From: Phyllosticta citribraziliensis
Lineage: Eukaryota
DNA length: 64,000 bases
Assembly (NCBI RefSeq): GCF_038025025.1
Contig: NW_027117348.1
Coordinates: 1,488,001-1,552,000 of the forward strand
Direction: 5' to 3'
Below the pieces are notes generated by a model. That model was not told the origin of the DNA. It did not search any database and saw nothing but the letters and a program-made list of their open reading frames with translations. Shown piece after piece: positions 38,912-49,333 of the stretch (position 1 is the stretch's first letter; each line of letters starts with the position of its first letter). The position numbers and the translations under genes are program-made.

Positions 38912-40681
38912 TTATGCCTCCGTTTCTTGACTGGAATATTGCTCCCTCCTTTCACGAATTCGTGTTGCCAGCTCCTCCTCTTCAGCCTCCATTTCCTCCA
39001 TCTTGACTTCCATCTCGCATTCAGCTCTCAGCTTCTTGAAACATGCGTCCCAGTCCACGTCATCTTCTTCAACCGCCTCGGGCTCGAACTGTCGGCAAAG
39101 AAGCGTGTGTGCTGTATGCTGGTCGTCACGGGCTGCAACCTGATCGTTCTGGTGTGCGTGCTCAAGGACTCCCTGCCTCGTCCAGCTACCGGTCTCAATG
39201 TCTTTCAGCTTTTGAAAGGGATACTTCTCATATCCGAGCGGCAATGCTGACTCGTCAGACTGCAAGAGCTCTTTGGGTGTGTCGCGGATTGTCAAAGTCT
39301 TGATCTTGCTTTCCAGCGCCCAGGTCGCACTCTGAGCCATCTGCTGGGCCTTTACACACTTGAGGGAGATTTCGAACTCTTGTTTGTGCATGACCTTATC
39401 TTCAGCAATCTGCTTCAGCAAGTTCGCCTCTTTCTTGTCCTCGTCCACCATCACCGCTACCTCGGCAGCTATATTCTGATGGAAAGCTGTCTTGTTGAGA
39501 ATGAATCTGCAGTGGTTGTTCCAGTCCTTTTGCGACATTTCATTTGCGCTTTGATTGCTTTCTCCAGCTGGCGCAATATTGAAGCCTCCGCCTGTCTTTG
39601 CATAAGAGTTTCCAACGCAAGCGAAGATGATCTCGGCCGCCATAGACTCAGCACAACCGGAAAGGAAGCAGATTGTGAAAGCGTCGAGATGGTAGCGTCC
39701 AGGGGAAAGGTCATGACACATTGCTGTTGTGAGAGACATGAGGTAATTGCTACTTTTCCATTTCTGGTGGCTCTTCATGCGTTCGTGGCCGTTCTTTGCA
39801 TAGCCGAAGTAACGGAGCGGCCAGGCAAAGGGCTTGTCTCGTTCTGCCTGGTTGATGCTTGCCAGTCTCTTCCTAACACTTCCACAGAAATCCAGAAGCA
39901 TTTCTCTTCGTTTATCAGACACGGTGTGAGTGTTTGCTTTGTTGATGAATCTTCGGCTTGTTGAGGGACGGAATACGTTCGAAGGTGCGTCGGTACTGCT
40001 TGGATTGATGCGATCAATCTTCTTGGCTAGCTCATTGCTCTTTTCGGAAGGTCGCGCGTATGTTTCCATTGCGTCAAGCACTTGCAACAACTCGTTTGGC
40101 GTTGGAGAGTGTCCCCGGTGGTCCACCAGCATTATCATGTAGATGGAAGGGTGTAGGTGGTTCTTCCTGTGCTGGTACTTTACTTGTTCTTGGAGGACAG
40201 AACCTTGCTGGCTTTCGCGGTAGGCTTTTGAGAGATTGCCACAGACGACTTCCCGCAGGATTGAATGATGTGTAGCCGCAATGACAGGAATTGTCAATTC
40301 AAGCCATTCGGTAAGGCCAGTATTCTTGAGTGTCTCTCGCTGCTTGAGCTCGTACTTCCAGATAGCGCGGAGCAGGTATCTAATACCGCGCGCAAGCTCG
40401 TTCCGGTAAGTCTTCACCGGCTCAGGGATGTGCGCTTCGCCTTCTGTGAGCTGGAATTCTGAAGGCTGGATCGGTTGCTGAGTGCTAAGAGGGGCAGGCT
40501 CGTCGAGATTGTCGTGCTCATCAATGTTGTCATCCTCCGGATTCCCACCGCCCACCTCATCCTCTGAGCCTGTTGCTCCCGGCGCAGAATTTCCTAGGCG
40601 GGCCACCCAGTACCGGTCGAGAGTGGTCTGTTGAAAGGCAAAATCCGGATCCATGAAGCCCTGGAAGCCATGGCTGGGCAT
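38912..40681 (-). CDS. Intronless 589-aa protein with divergent GIY-YIG-like endonuclease motifs and C-terminal coiled coil
   Basis: PSIY ... YFGYAKNGHERMKSH ... SSNYLM ... AAEIIF ... GGGFN follows the order GIY / YIG-R-H / catalytic Glu / G-N. The ORF itself is well supported; the nuclease call is inference. Confidence 0.65.
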   Translation of the reverse strand: MPSHGFQGFMDPDFAFQQTTLDRYWVARLGNSAPGATGSEDEVGGGNPEDDNIDEHDNLDEPAPLSTQQPIQPSEFQLTEGEAHIPEPVKTYRNELARGIRYLLRAIWKYELKQRETLKNTGLTEWLELTIPVIAATHHSILREVVCGNLSKAYRESQQGSVLQEQVKYQHRKNHLHPSIYMIMLVDHRGHSPTPNELLQVLDAMETYARPSEKSNELAKKIDRINPSSTDAPSNVFRPSTSRRFINKANTHTVSDKRREMLLDFCGSVRKRLASINQAERDKPFAWPLRYFGYAKNGHERMKSHQKWKSSNYLMSLTTAMCHDLSPGRYHLDAFTICFLSGCAESMAAEIIFACVGNSYAKTGGGFNIAPAGESNQSANEMSQKDWNNHCRFILNKTAFHQNIAAEVAVMVDEDKKEANLLKQIAEDKVMHKQEFEISLKCVKAQQMAQSATWALESKIKTLTIRDTPKELLQSDESALPLGYEKYPFQKLKDIETGSWTRQGVLEHAHQNDQVAARDDQHTAHTLLCRQFEPEAVEEDDVDWDACFKKLRAECEMEVKMEEMEAEEEELATRIRERREQYSSQETEA

Positions 40682-41335
40682 TTTGGAAGCCCCGTCGTTC
40701 TTTCTACGAGCTCGATCCCCAAGATTGTGTCGTGTTCGTGTGCGAGCTCGATTGCAAAAAGGGTTGTCGTGTTGACGTGCCGATCCGACGCGAAGTAGGC
40801 GCCAGAAATGAGCGAAAATTGTTGGTTAGAGACCCCCCAGCCGGCTCGCTTCAGGTGCAGTGATGTCACTGGTGACTGGCTCGGTTAAGGTCCGTAGCGG
40901 TTAGTCGCAGGTGCCGGTACCCACCTGCCCAACCTTACCCAGCTGTCTTGACGCGTCTTTGCACGCGTCTGATCCAGGACAATTCAAAGGCCACCGTCCT
41001 CAGCTCCTTCAAAAAGCGCCTCTCCTGCCAGGTGCTTACCCAGTATCTTACCTGCTCTGGTGGGTCTTCACACCTTCAAAACACTGCCTGCGAGACCTGC
41101 ACTTCCGAATATCCAGCTCATCTCATCGCATAACCACGGCACGTTTTCTCTCCTCTTCTCTCTTCCTTTCTCTTCCTTTCTCTACAAACAAACCGCCATA
41201 AGGCTCCAACGGCCTTACTGGAAGACTCTTGGTCGGTCTTCCAACGGTATTTCCTTGAGCTTGACAATGTTTTCCTGCGAGATTTGTGCTTGCTGACACG
41301 TCTCCACATGAATAGTTCTCAGCTTATGGAGGACC

Positions 41336-42333
41336 ATGGCTTCACGGCTACCACCAGATCCGGAGATCGCACCTGAAGCTGGGTTGGCCGGGTACCACCG
41401 CGATCAGACCATCCTGCGCCAGGCTGTGGACCCTGGCAAAAGGCGACTGCAGCGAATGGGCGAGCCAGGGTCAAGAGATCTGCCAGAGCTTGAGATGATG
41501 GCGGCCGAGGCTTCCGCTGCGGCGGCACCCATGAAAAGCGCGACGCGTTGCATCGAGGATCTAGAGAGACTTCGCAAGGAGCTCCACCAGCATATCGGTA
41601 AGTCATATCTACAATGTCCTTGGCCCATATTGACAGGTCTTCAGAAACTGTGGAAAAGATGCATGATGAGAATGAAGAGCGCGTCAAAGATTCCATCGAG
41701 GCTTATCGGATTGGCTACCATAACCAGTGCGAGCAACGCATCAAAGAATTCCTCGACCATTGCGCCGAGCGCGCGGAGCACACGATCGCCCTTACTATCG
41801 AAAAGGAAAAGACACGCTTGGAAAAAGAAGTCGAGGACAAATGCGCGAAATACAGGGATGAACACGAGACTGGTGAAGAATTGGCGCTTCTGCGAGCAAG
41901 AAATGCTAAGCTTGAAAGGATAAATGACGATCGTGCCAAGATGCACGCGGACAATATCACTCAACGTTTCAAAGAGATGTTGATCAAGGAAAAGGAGGAG
42001 CGTAAAGCGCAACAAGCCACTGTTCCGCAGGTCAGCCCGGGTCCTCAGGATGAGTCCGACACCACAGACTGGCGCGCGGAGGCAGAACAGCTCAAGAAAA
42101 AGCTCGAGGCTGCCGAACTCGAGATCTCCAGGCGCAGCACACTCGAAAAGATTGCGACCCAGAAGTTGCTTGAAATCGACGCGAAGACGTGCATCAACAA
42201 AATCCCCAGCGCCATGTTCGAAAGCCTGGAAAGCGACTACCGAGACCTCGAAGGTCTTTGTCAGGAGCTGGAGGACGAAATTCGCACGCTAAGGAAGGAG
42301 AACACGCAGCTGAAGGAGCCTGGTTCTGGATGA
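41336..42333 (+). CDS. Orphan coiled-coil protein (intron 41598-41644; possible upstream intron approx. 41247-41322)
   Basis: GTAAGT donor and CAG acceptor join the ORF 41336 frame to the ORF 41614 frame (…ELHQHI|ETVEKMHDE…). Long heptad-like E/K/L/R-rich stretches. Confidence 0.7.
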
Positions 42334-42712
42334 TTTGGACAGGGGCATCGATGAAGGCAATGGCGGCGAGATGGTTTTGGCTTCATCATTTCGGCTGCCT
42401 TCGCCCGCGGGTGTGGATGCCAGGAAGCGAGCAATGGTGCGCCATGTCAAACAGTAGTAGCTGGGTAGATACCAATCCTCGAAGCACAAGTCTTCGGGTT
42501 CAAAGAGCCCACATTAAACGACACAGTGCTGTTGTTTTTGATTGTTGTTGCTATTTTTCCGGCAGCTGCGACTCCGGTCCTCCGGTACCTATTGGGCAGG
42601 TAAACAACCGAGCCACACCACTTCGACGCGTCTTTGCAAGCTCCTCGAATCTTTTCTCCCGCGAACTTCAGAAAATCCCTCTCGACCTCTCGCACTTTTC
42701 TCGACTTGCGCC

Positions 42713-43869
42713 ATGGCCCCCGCGACATTCCCTGACCTCTATCGAAACGACTCAGAAACAGAACAGAAGATGAAGATTTTGCAGCGTATCGACGAGAATT
42801 TCGCGCGCGAAGAGGCCAAATATGAAGAACTGGCAACGCGTGATATCGAGCGGAAAAAAGCCCTTCAAGCGAGGCGCAGAAGACTGGAAGAAGAGAAAGA
42901 CGAATACGAGGGAAAACAACGAGCTCTGCGTCAACAAGTCGTTGAAAGCAACGGTATGCCAGGTGCAGAGCCCTCCAAGTCAAATGCTAATTGGTCGTAG
43001 CCTTGAGGTCTGAGCCTGAGCCTCTGCCTCCACGCCCCTACGTCATGACCCCCGCGAAACGACAGGAAGTCACAGAAAGTGACGGTGGAGAGGATGACCT
43101 GGAAGTCACACGTGCCCGGAAAAGGGTCAAAGGAAAGGGCCGCGCAATAGATGTCGACATTGGTCCTGGTGGCGATGGCGATGCTGGATTTCATCACAGC
43201 GGCATGGAGCTGAACAGTGCCGATGCAACCAGTTTCGGCCCCACGAGCTTCTTAGGCGAGGACATTCTTATGGGCGGAGCTGGTGATACTCATACTATCA
43301 TCGACGAGCGAGGCATGATTGAGGACACCAACACTGCACAACCAAGTTCAAGCGGTGAACATGCAGCTGCTGCCGAGGAAATCGGCACTGAGGCCTTCGA
43401 TGCCACACCATCAGGCTTAGCGGCTGAATCGTCAGCAGCTGGAGCAGCTGCACAGGACCCGTCAGAAATGCCCAAGAGACGCGGCAGGCCGCCCAAAGCC
43501 AACAAGTTGGTCAAGACCGATCTGGGGCTGTTCAAGGCTCTGGAGGTCATGAACCCCGACGGCACGACAGTGTCGTTTGAAGACTGGAGGCAGGACAACG
43601 AGACCAAGGGAAAGGATTTCCTCGCCACAATCAAGCGCTGGCACAACAACAAGAAGAAGAAATGCGTCACCTACGCATCTGACGCCAGAAAGAAGAAGGA
43701 TGTCTGCCTACACAAGTACACCAACGGCAATCCCACACAATGGATCGAAGGTGGGGAGAACCGGTGGGCATGCAAAGAATGTGGGGACAATTCACCTTGC
43801 GTGATATACGACCAGGAGCAAGATACGCTGGTGATCTTGCCATTCAAGGCAGACGACACAGATGGTTGA
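42713..43869 (+). CDS. Coiled-coil, AT-hook and C-terminal Cys-cluster protein (intron 42954-43000)
   Basis: MAPATFPDLY...QQVVESN|ALRSEPEP; AT-hook KRRGRPPK; C-terminal C...CLH...W...ACKEC...PC...LVILP. Confidence 0.75.
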
Positions 43870-44512
43870 GAGCAGTGCAAAAGGGTGTGTGATGAGGACG
43901 ACCTTGGGCCTGGAGGATCATTGGAAGATCCAAGACAAAGCGACTGCGGAAGGAAGCGAGAAAGCGGTAGATATGAAAATGGAAACGAAGTGCAGAGCCA
44001 CAATGAAAGAGACGCAAACAGTAGGTAACAACGCAGGAGTGATCGGGCAAACAATCAACAGCGGCGTCGGCTGGGCCCTGGAAGGCAGAGCTTGAAAAAC
44101 AATGCCAAAGTAAGATGACAAAGAGAACCTCTCCTGCCATTGGCATGTAGACTGGATACGGGAAATGGTCGATATGCTGGCCGAGGCGCCAGCCAGGAGC
44201 AAAGGCCCAGGCAATGAATGCTCCTGCTGAGACGCCTCCCGGGGCGCACTCCACGGCTGGCACGAATGGATCGAGCCGGCCTGGTTCTGTTCAGCGTGCT
44301 GCTCTTGGTCTTGTCGTCCCCCGGTTGGTGTTGCACTGAGCCATCGCCTGGCGCTGAGGAAAATCTGACGCCTTCAACAATGCCAATGATGATGCAGATG
44401 GTGAGGTCGTGCTGTCGGAAGTACGTTGGGTGGTGGCACGTCCAAGTCCAAGTGGCTACGTAGATAGCTTAAGAATGAGTGTCGCTGACCTGAGTGCTAG
44501 CCCGCCCTCATC

Positions 44513-45135
44513 CCCCCCAGCCCCACCCCCTCTCACTACTCCATTTCTGACGATGACTGAAGACGTGTGAAGACAGCTTGATACGGTCCATCGCGCAAAG
44601 TGCGAAAGATGGCGACAACAAGACGTCTACTACAAAGAAACAACATAACTTTCTGGAAGGCAGGATTTTCTTAGACCTCAAAGCATGCAAACAAGCAAGC
44701 AAGACACCGCAGGACTACAGTCGAAGATGCGCGCGCGCGCAGGCGACGGTTGTGAAGGAGCTCAGGTCCGCCGAAGGTGCTAAATCAAGGTGATTGATTG
44801 AGTAGTAGTAGGTGAGTGCGAGACTACTGAGATATCGCTCAGGACGCCCGCAGAACCACGCTAGACTAACTATGGACTAGCGCCTCGGCTGTTTGACGAC
44901 TGCCTACCTAGTAGAGACTCCCTTCTCCATCAGTTTATCAATATCCTTCACGCCTACTTCCTCACTAAAGACTGTCCTTTCAGCGTACACTCATCCTGCG
45001 GCGGCCCTCCCCTCTAAACCCCCCACGCGCCTCCTAGCATTTCCCCGGATAGGTATATAATACCATGCCCTGGTTATTAATACGGCATTAGGGACATCGT
45101 TACCAGGCCCGCAGTTGACGGGCGGATCAAACGTT
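44513..45135 (-). pseudogene. Inverted, degenerate copy of exon 3 and the 3' flank of Cys-rich gene D (family relic F)
   Basis: The minus strand reads FDPPVNCGPGNDVPNAV and then decays with frameshifts. 44513-44750 is the reverse complement of about 48620-48850. Confidence 0.85.
44751..44932. mobile_element. About 180-bp insertion in the relic, solo-LTR-like (TG...CA)
   Basis: Absent from the homologous position downstream of gene D. Begins TGTGAAGGAG and ends CTCCCTTCTCCATCA (imperfect terminal inverted repeat), TpA-rich. No clear target-site duplication. Confidence 0.35.
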
Positions 45136-45780
45136 CGAGTTACGTCCCTGGGAGCAGTTGGGGTGGAGAATGTAGGGAGGCGCCATGAATGCGGGTTTAG
45201 CGTTGCCGTGAGAGGGCATTGAAGAATTGCACGCTCCTTGAGCGCAACTGTGGTGCAAAATTGACATCCAGGTGCCGATACTCCCACGCCTTCAAAACCT
45301 CAACCTCGACCAACCAACTAAAAGACCAGCTGCAGCGGCTTGTCCCACAGCTACGGTATTGCTCTCTTCTCATTTCTCCCTCGGTCCGCTCTACCAGAAG
45401 ATTCCGAGCAGCACTGCTTAAGGAAATTCTGCGCTGTGGCGAGACGGCCTTTTCGCAGCGCGACAAGTCTGCGTGAGCGTTGGATCTAAAGAGCCTTCGC
45501 AAGAAGATCCACGCGAAAAGTGGCAAGCACCATCCATCGCTCTCCCGAGTCAACACTGACGAGTTTCCAGAGATGATAGAGGCCGATTTTCGGTCGCGCG
45601 TCGACGAATGCAAAAAGCCTTTCGCGCATTGCACACCAAGCACAACAAGAAACGCGCGTCAAACACTTTTTTCCAGCTACCTTACCTATGCACCTGACGC
45701 GCCGAGCAAAGCGGCAAGAGTAGCGCGATGAAACACTGACAACCCGGTAGGTCGCTATGCAATGGATACATGTAAGGAAA

Positions 45781-45958
45781 GGCTCGGAAATGACGCGTCG
45801 CCCGCGCCCGAACGCAAACGACTACACCGCCTAGCAATAAACACTACAGTACAGCCGGCTTGCATTCGCAAAAAGTAGAGGTAGGGCGAGAGGTTAGTTC
45901 GCTCCAATCCTAACTTTGTGCTGGAGAGTCTATGTTGTAGGTAGGTTTGATTAACCGT
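45781..45958 (+). promoter_or_regulatory. Conserved upstream elements of Cys-rich gene C, homologous to the A/B promoters
   Basis: GGCTCGGAAATGACGCG...CGCCCGAACGCAAACGACTA (45781-45824) and CCTAACTTT...CTGGAGAGTCTATGT.GTAGGTAGGTTTGATT (about 45909-45952) match the reverse complement of 16081-16125 and about 15948-15994. Confidence 0.65.
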
Positions 45959-46070
45959 ATTTTGGCTACGCGCGCTGCGTGTATATCAAGAAAGATGGCC
46001 TCCACGACCTACCATCCAACTCTGCGCGAAGTCATTCGTTTTGAAACTTCCCTCTTGGCTGGTCTCCGCT

Positions 46071-46750
46071 ATGAAGCTCGCCATCCTTTTCTTCCTGTTT
46101 GCGGCTCTGGCGACCGCCGCCGCCGTTGCTGATACAGGCGAATCCGACAAAGGCGGATCCTCCAAAACGCCCTCCACCAACGGCCCCAAAGGCAAAGACG
46201 GCCTAGTTTTTCTAGACGGGCCGGTGCGCTTCTTTCCCTATTCGTCCCCACTGTCCCTCCTCTCGCTCTGACATGGGGTTTTAGTGCACCGATGACAGCG
46301 AATGCGCCGGCGGCACGGCAGGGCGCTGCGGCAACAAAGACGAATACTTAAAAGTCCTCCCCGACGGCTCGAGGAAGGGGGACAAGGCGTCGTTTGCGTG
46401 TGCGTACGCCAAGGTGCTGACCGGGGTGTGCGGGTACGCGGGGAAGAAGCAGTGTGCTTGTTTCGTGAGTTCCATCCGTTCACTAAGCTTTCATGTGTTC
46501 TGGCATCTGCTAATCCACTCGCTCGTAGCCGCCCAACGACGCCGCCTGCACCTACATCAACGACTGCTTCGTCTTCAAACCCCTCCCCAAATGCGGCGTC
46601 CCGAACGCCATCGTCGACGACGAGGGCAAGGCGTTGTGCCGCTGTCCGAAGAAATGCAAGGAGGCGCGCGCGGGCTTTGCGAAGAGCCAGCCGGCGCAGG
46701 ATGACTGTTCGGATCCGTATAAAGAGCCGGGAGGGTTGGATCCGCCGTAA
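46071..46750 (+). CDS. Small secreted 14-Cys protein, family member C (exons 46071-46223, 46285-46464, 46529-46750)
   Basis: MKLAILFFLFAALATAAAVA...LVFLDGP|CTDDSECAGGTAGRCGNKDEYL...FACAYAKVLTGVC...QCACF|PPNDAACTYINDC...LCRCPKKC.EARAGF...QDDC. Confidence 0.9.
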
Positions 46751-47880
46751 TGAGGATTGGGGGGATGGGAAGCGGGGACGGGGACGGGGACGGGGACGAG
46801 AGGGTCAAGAACAGCGGATAACTGCGTACAAGAGCAACGACGGCGACGCATAACTCCGACGTTTGGTGGTTGCTGTCCCCGAAAGTTAGCACCGCACAGC
46901 CATGGCTGTAGCGTGGTCATCATCATCGTCGTCGTCGCGGTCGGATGTACCTACCTCTTTCGGCAAGAAGCTCGGCCCAAGAAAGCCTCAGCCAAATCCA
47001 ACCCCTACCTAAATTCCATCATCAAGCTTCATTCACTCAGCCTATTACGTGCGTACATCTTCATACATTATACATGTACCCTACACGTACAGCGCTTAAT
47101 CTATACTGTCAATCTTGACCTGCTTGGTTTTCTCCGCGGAAGTCATGATTTAGTGCGCTATTGTGGCTTTTGATTGGTTGGTATGGTCGAGAAAGGACGG
47201 AGGAGTTGATGATTGGCTGATTCATCTGTTCATGTTGAGGTTTCGTTGAAGAATTGTACGTAGACCGCAACTACCATGTCCGATCGTCCACTACATCTGG
47301 CTCCGCGTCTTGCTCGGCGTGTCTCCTTAGCGCGCGTCTTGCTTGGTGCATCTTCCACTGCGGACGTCTTGCGCACCGTAGCGACGAGACGGGCCGCCTC
47401 CGCTATACCTTCAAACTGCGCCCAATTACCGTAGGCAGGGGGCGACCAAATCTAAACGATCGAGTAAAACCAGGGGCTAGAAACCTAGCGGCCTTGAATC
47501 AGTAAGTCGGCGTCCGCGCGCTCCTGCTACTATTGCGTGTATCAAAGGAAAATACACTGACAGCGGCATCGTACAGAGTACGAGGGAGGAATGAAGACTG
47601 TTACTCATTGCTCACTGGTAGCAGCTTGCGTTTGTGAAGGCAGAAAGCATATACGTAAGACCAAGGGCGTTCTCTTTATGTAATAGCGACATGTAGCTTT
47701 CTGCGTCGAGTCTACCCACAGTAACGTCAGTCAGGTACGTTTGATGAAGCGCGCGGTGTACGTACATATCAACACCGATGGAAACCGTAGAGCATCGCTC
47801 GCTCTTCCGCTGCACGAGTACCATATACTCGCTTCTCCCCCTTCTTTCCTAGTATCCATACTCTTTTGTCCACCACCATC

Positions 47881-48603
47881 ATGGAGATGAATTTCGCCAT
47901 TCTTTGCTTGGTTTACACGGTGCTGGCAACGGCCACCTCCTCTGCCGCGGCTGGAAACCAGAAAATCCCCTCCTCGAACTCCCAGGCCGGACCCGGGTAC
48001 GGACTGCGTGGCGGCCAAGTCATCTTGAAGGCGGACGTATGCATGCTCTTCCTCTCCAGCGCGCTTCTTCCTCGCTCACGCCAACTGACATGCACGTTTG
48101 CGGCAGTGCACGAGCGACGCCGACTGCAGCGGCGGCCACGACGGCAAAAAGGGGGCTTGCCAGCGCAAAGAGGAATACCTGGCGGTCGTCGACGAGGGAG
48201 AAGGGTCTCCCGAGTCGCTTGCCTGCGCGGCAGCCAAGGTGCTGACCGGGCAGTGCGGCGCTCCTGACTTGAACGTCAAGGGGAAGTGTTCTTGTTATGT
48301 GCGTGAAGCCCCAAGCCCCTGACCCCTCTCTTCTTCTCCTGGAACTCAAGGCTCACGCATCTCGTCTCCATCGGACAGGCTCCCAACGACGCCGCCTGCG
48401 CCTACCTCATCAACTGTCCAAAGTTTGATCCGCCCGTCAACTGCGGCCCTGGCAACCATGTCCCTAATGCCGTCATTGACGACACAGGCGAGGCGCTGTG
48501 CGCCTGTCCGGGGAAATGCGACGAGGCGCGCGCGGGGTTTCAGAAGGGGGGGCCGCCGCAGGATGAATGTACGCCGAAAGGACAAGCTTCATTGAAGAAG
48601 TAG
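47881..48603 (+). CDS. Small secreted 14-Cys protein, family member D (exons 47881-48036, 48107-48298, 48379-48603)
   Basis: MEMNFAILCLVYTVLATA...QVILKAD|CTSDADC...GACQRKEEYL...LACAAAKVLTGQC...KCSCY|APNDAACAYLINC...LCACPGKCDEARAGFQKGGPPQDEC. Confidence 0.9.
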
Positions 48604-49333
48604 GGGGTGAAGGAAGTTGAAAAACGTCGCCTGCGCGCGCGCACACACACCTTCGACTGCAGTCCTGCAGTGTCTTGCTTGCTTTGAGGTCTGAGACAGT
48701 CCTGTCTACCAGAAAGTTCTGTTGTTTCTTTGGAATAGACGTCTTATCAGCGCCGTCTTGCGCTCTTTGCGCCATGGATGGACCGAATCAAGCTGTTTTC
48801 ACACGGTCTTCAGTCGTCGTCAGAAACGGAGGAGTGAGAGGGGGGGGGTCCGCGTCTGATCTTGGAAAAGAAAAGAGGAGCGAGGCAATCAGCGCTGCGA
48901 TCCAGCAACCTACCTGCCTACCTTACCTACCTATCCACCGTATTCGTTTTCGTCTCGGACACACACGCAACTGCCGGCGCACTGCTGCTGCCGTTGCTGC
49001 CGCCGCCGTTGCTGGTGTCAAGAAACAAAATGAGCAAACCCGAAAGCGATCCGAAAGCTATATATGTAGGTTTAAATCCACAACGTAGCTTTACGCGATG
49101 AGTCTATCCAGCGCCGGCAATCTCGCGCAGTCAGTCAGTCATGTCTGACGAAGCAAGCGCGCGCGCGTTGTCTACATGTATAAAGAAAGAAAGACGGATC
49201 CATTCCTTCGCATGGGCGCGTCTTCTTTGCTCAGTGGCCTCGGATTTGACACGCACCAGACGTGCACACACACACTCGCTTTCGTCTCCCGCAATTCGCT
49301 GTCTAGTCGTCTCGTCTGCACGCCGCGGTAGCC

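Noticed and set aside
43844..44463. Hydrophobic minus-strand ORF fragments
   Set aside because: No coherent gene model or motif.
38850..44510. Terminal inverted repeats or target-site duplication bounding the GIY-YIG block
   Set aside because: None found by eye, so the block is not called a mobile element.
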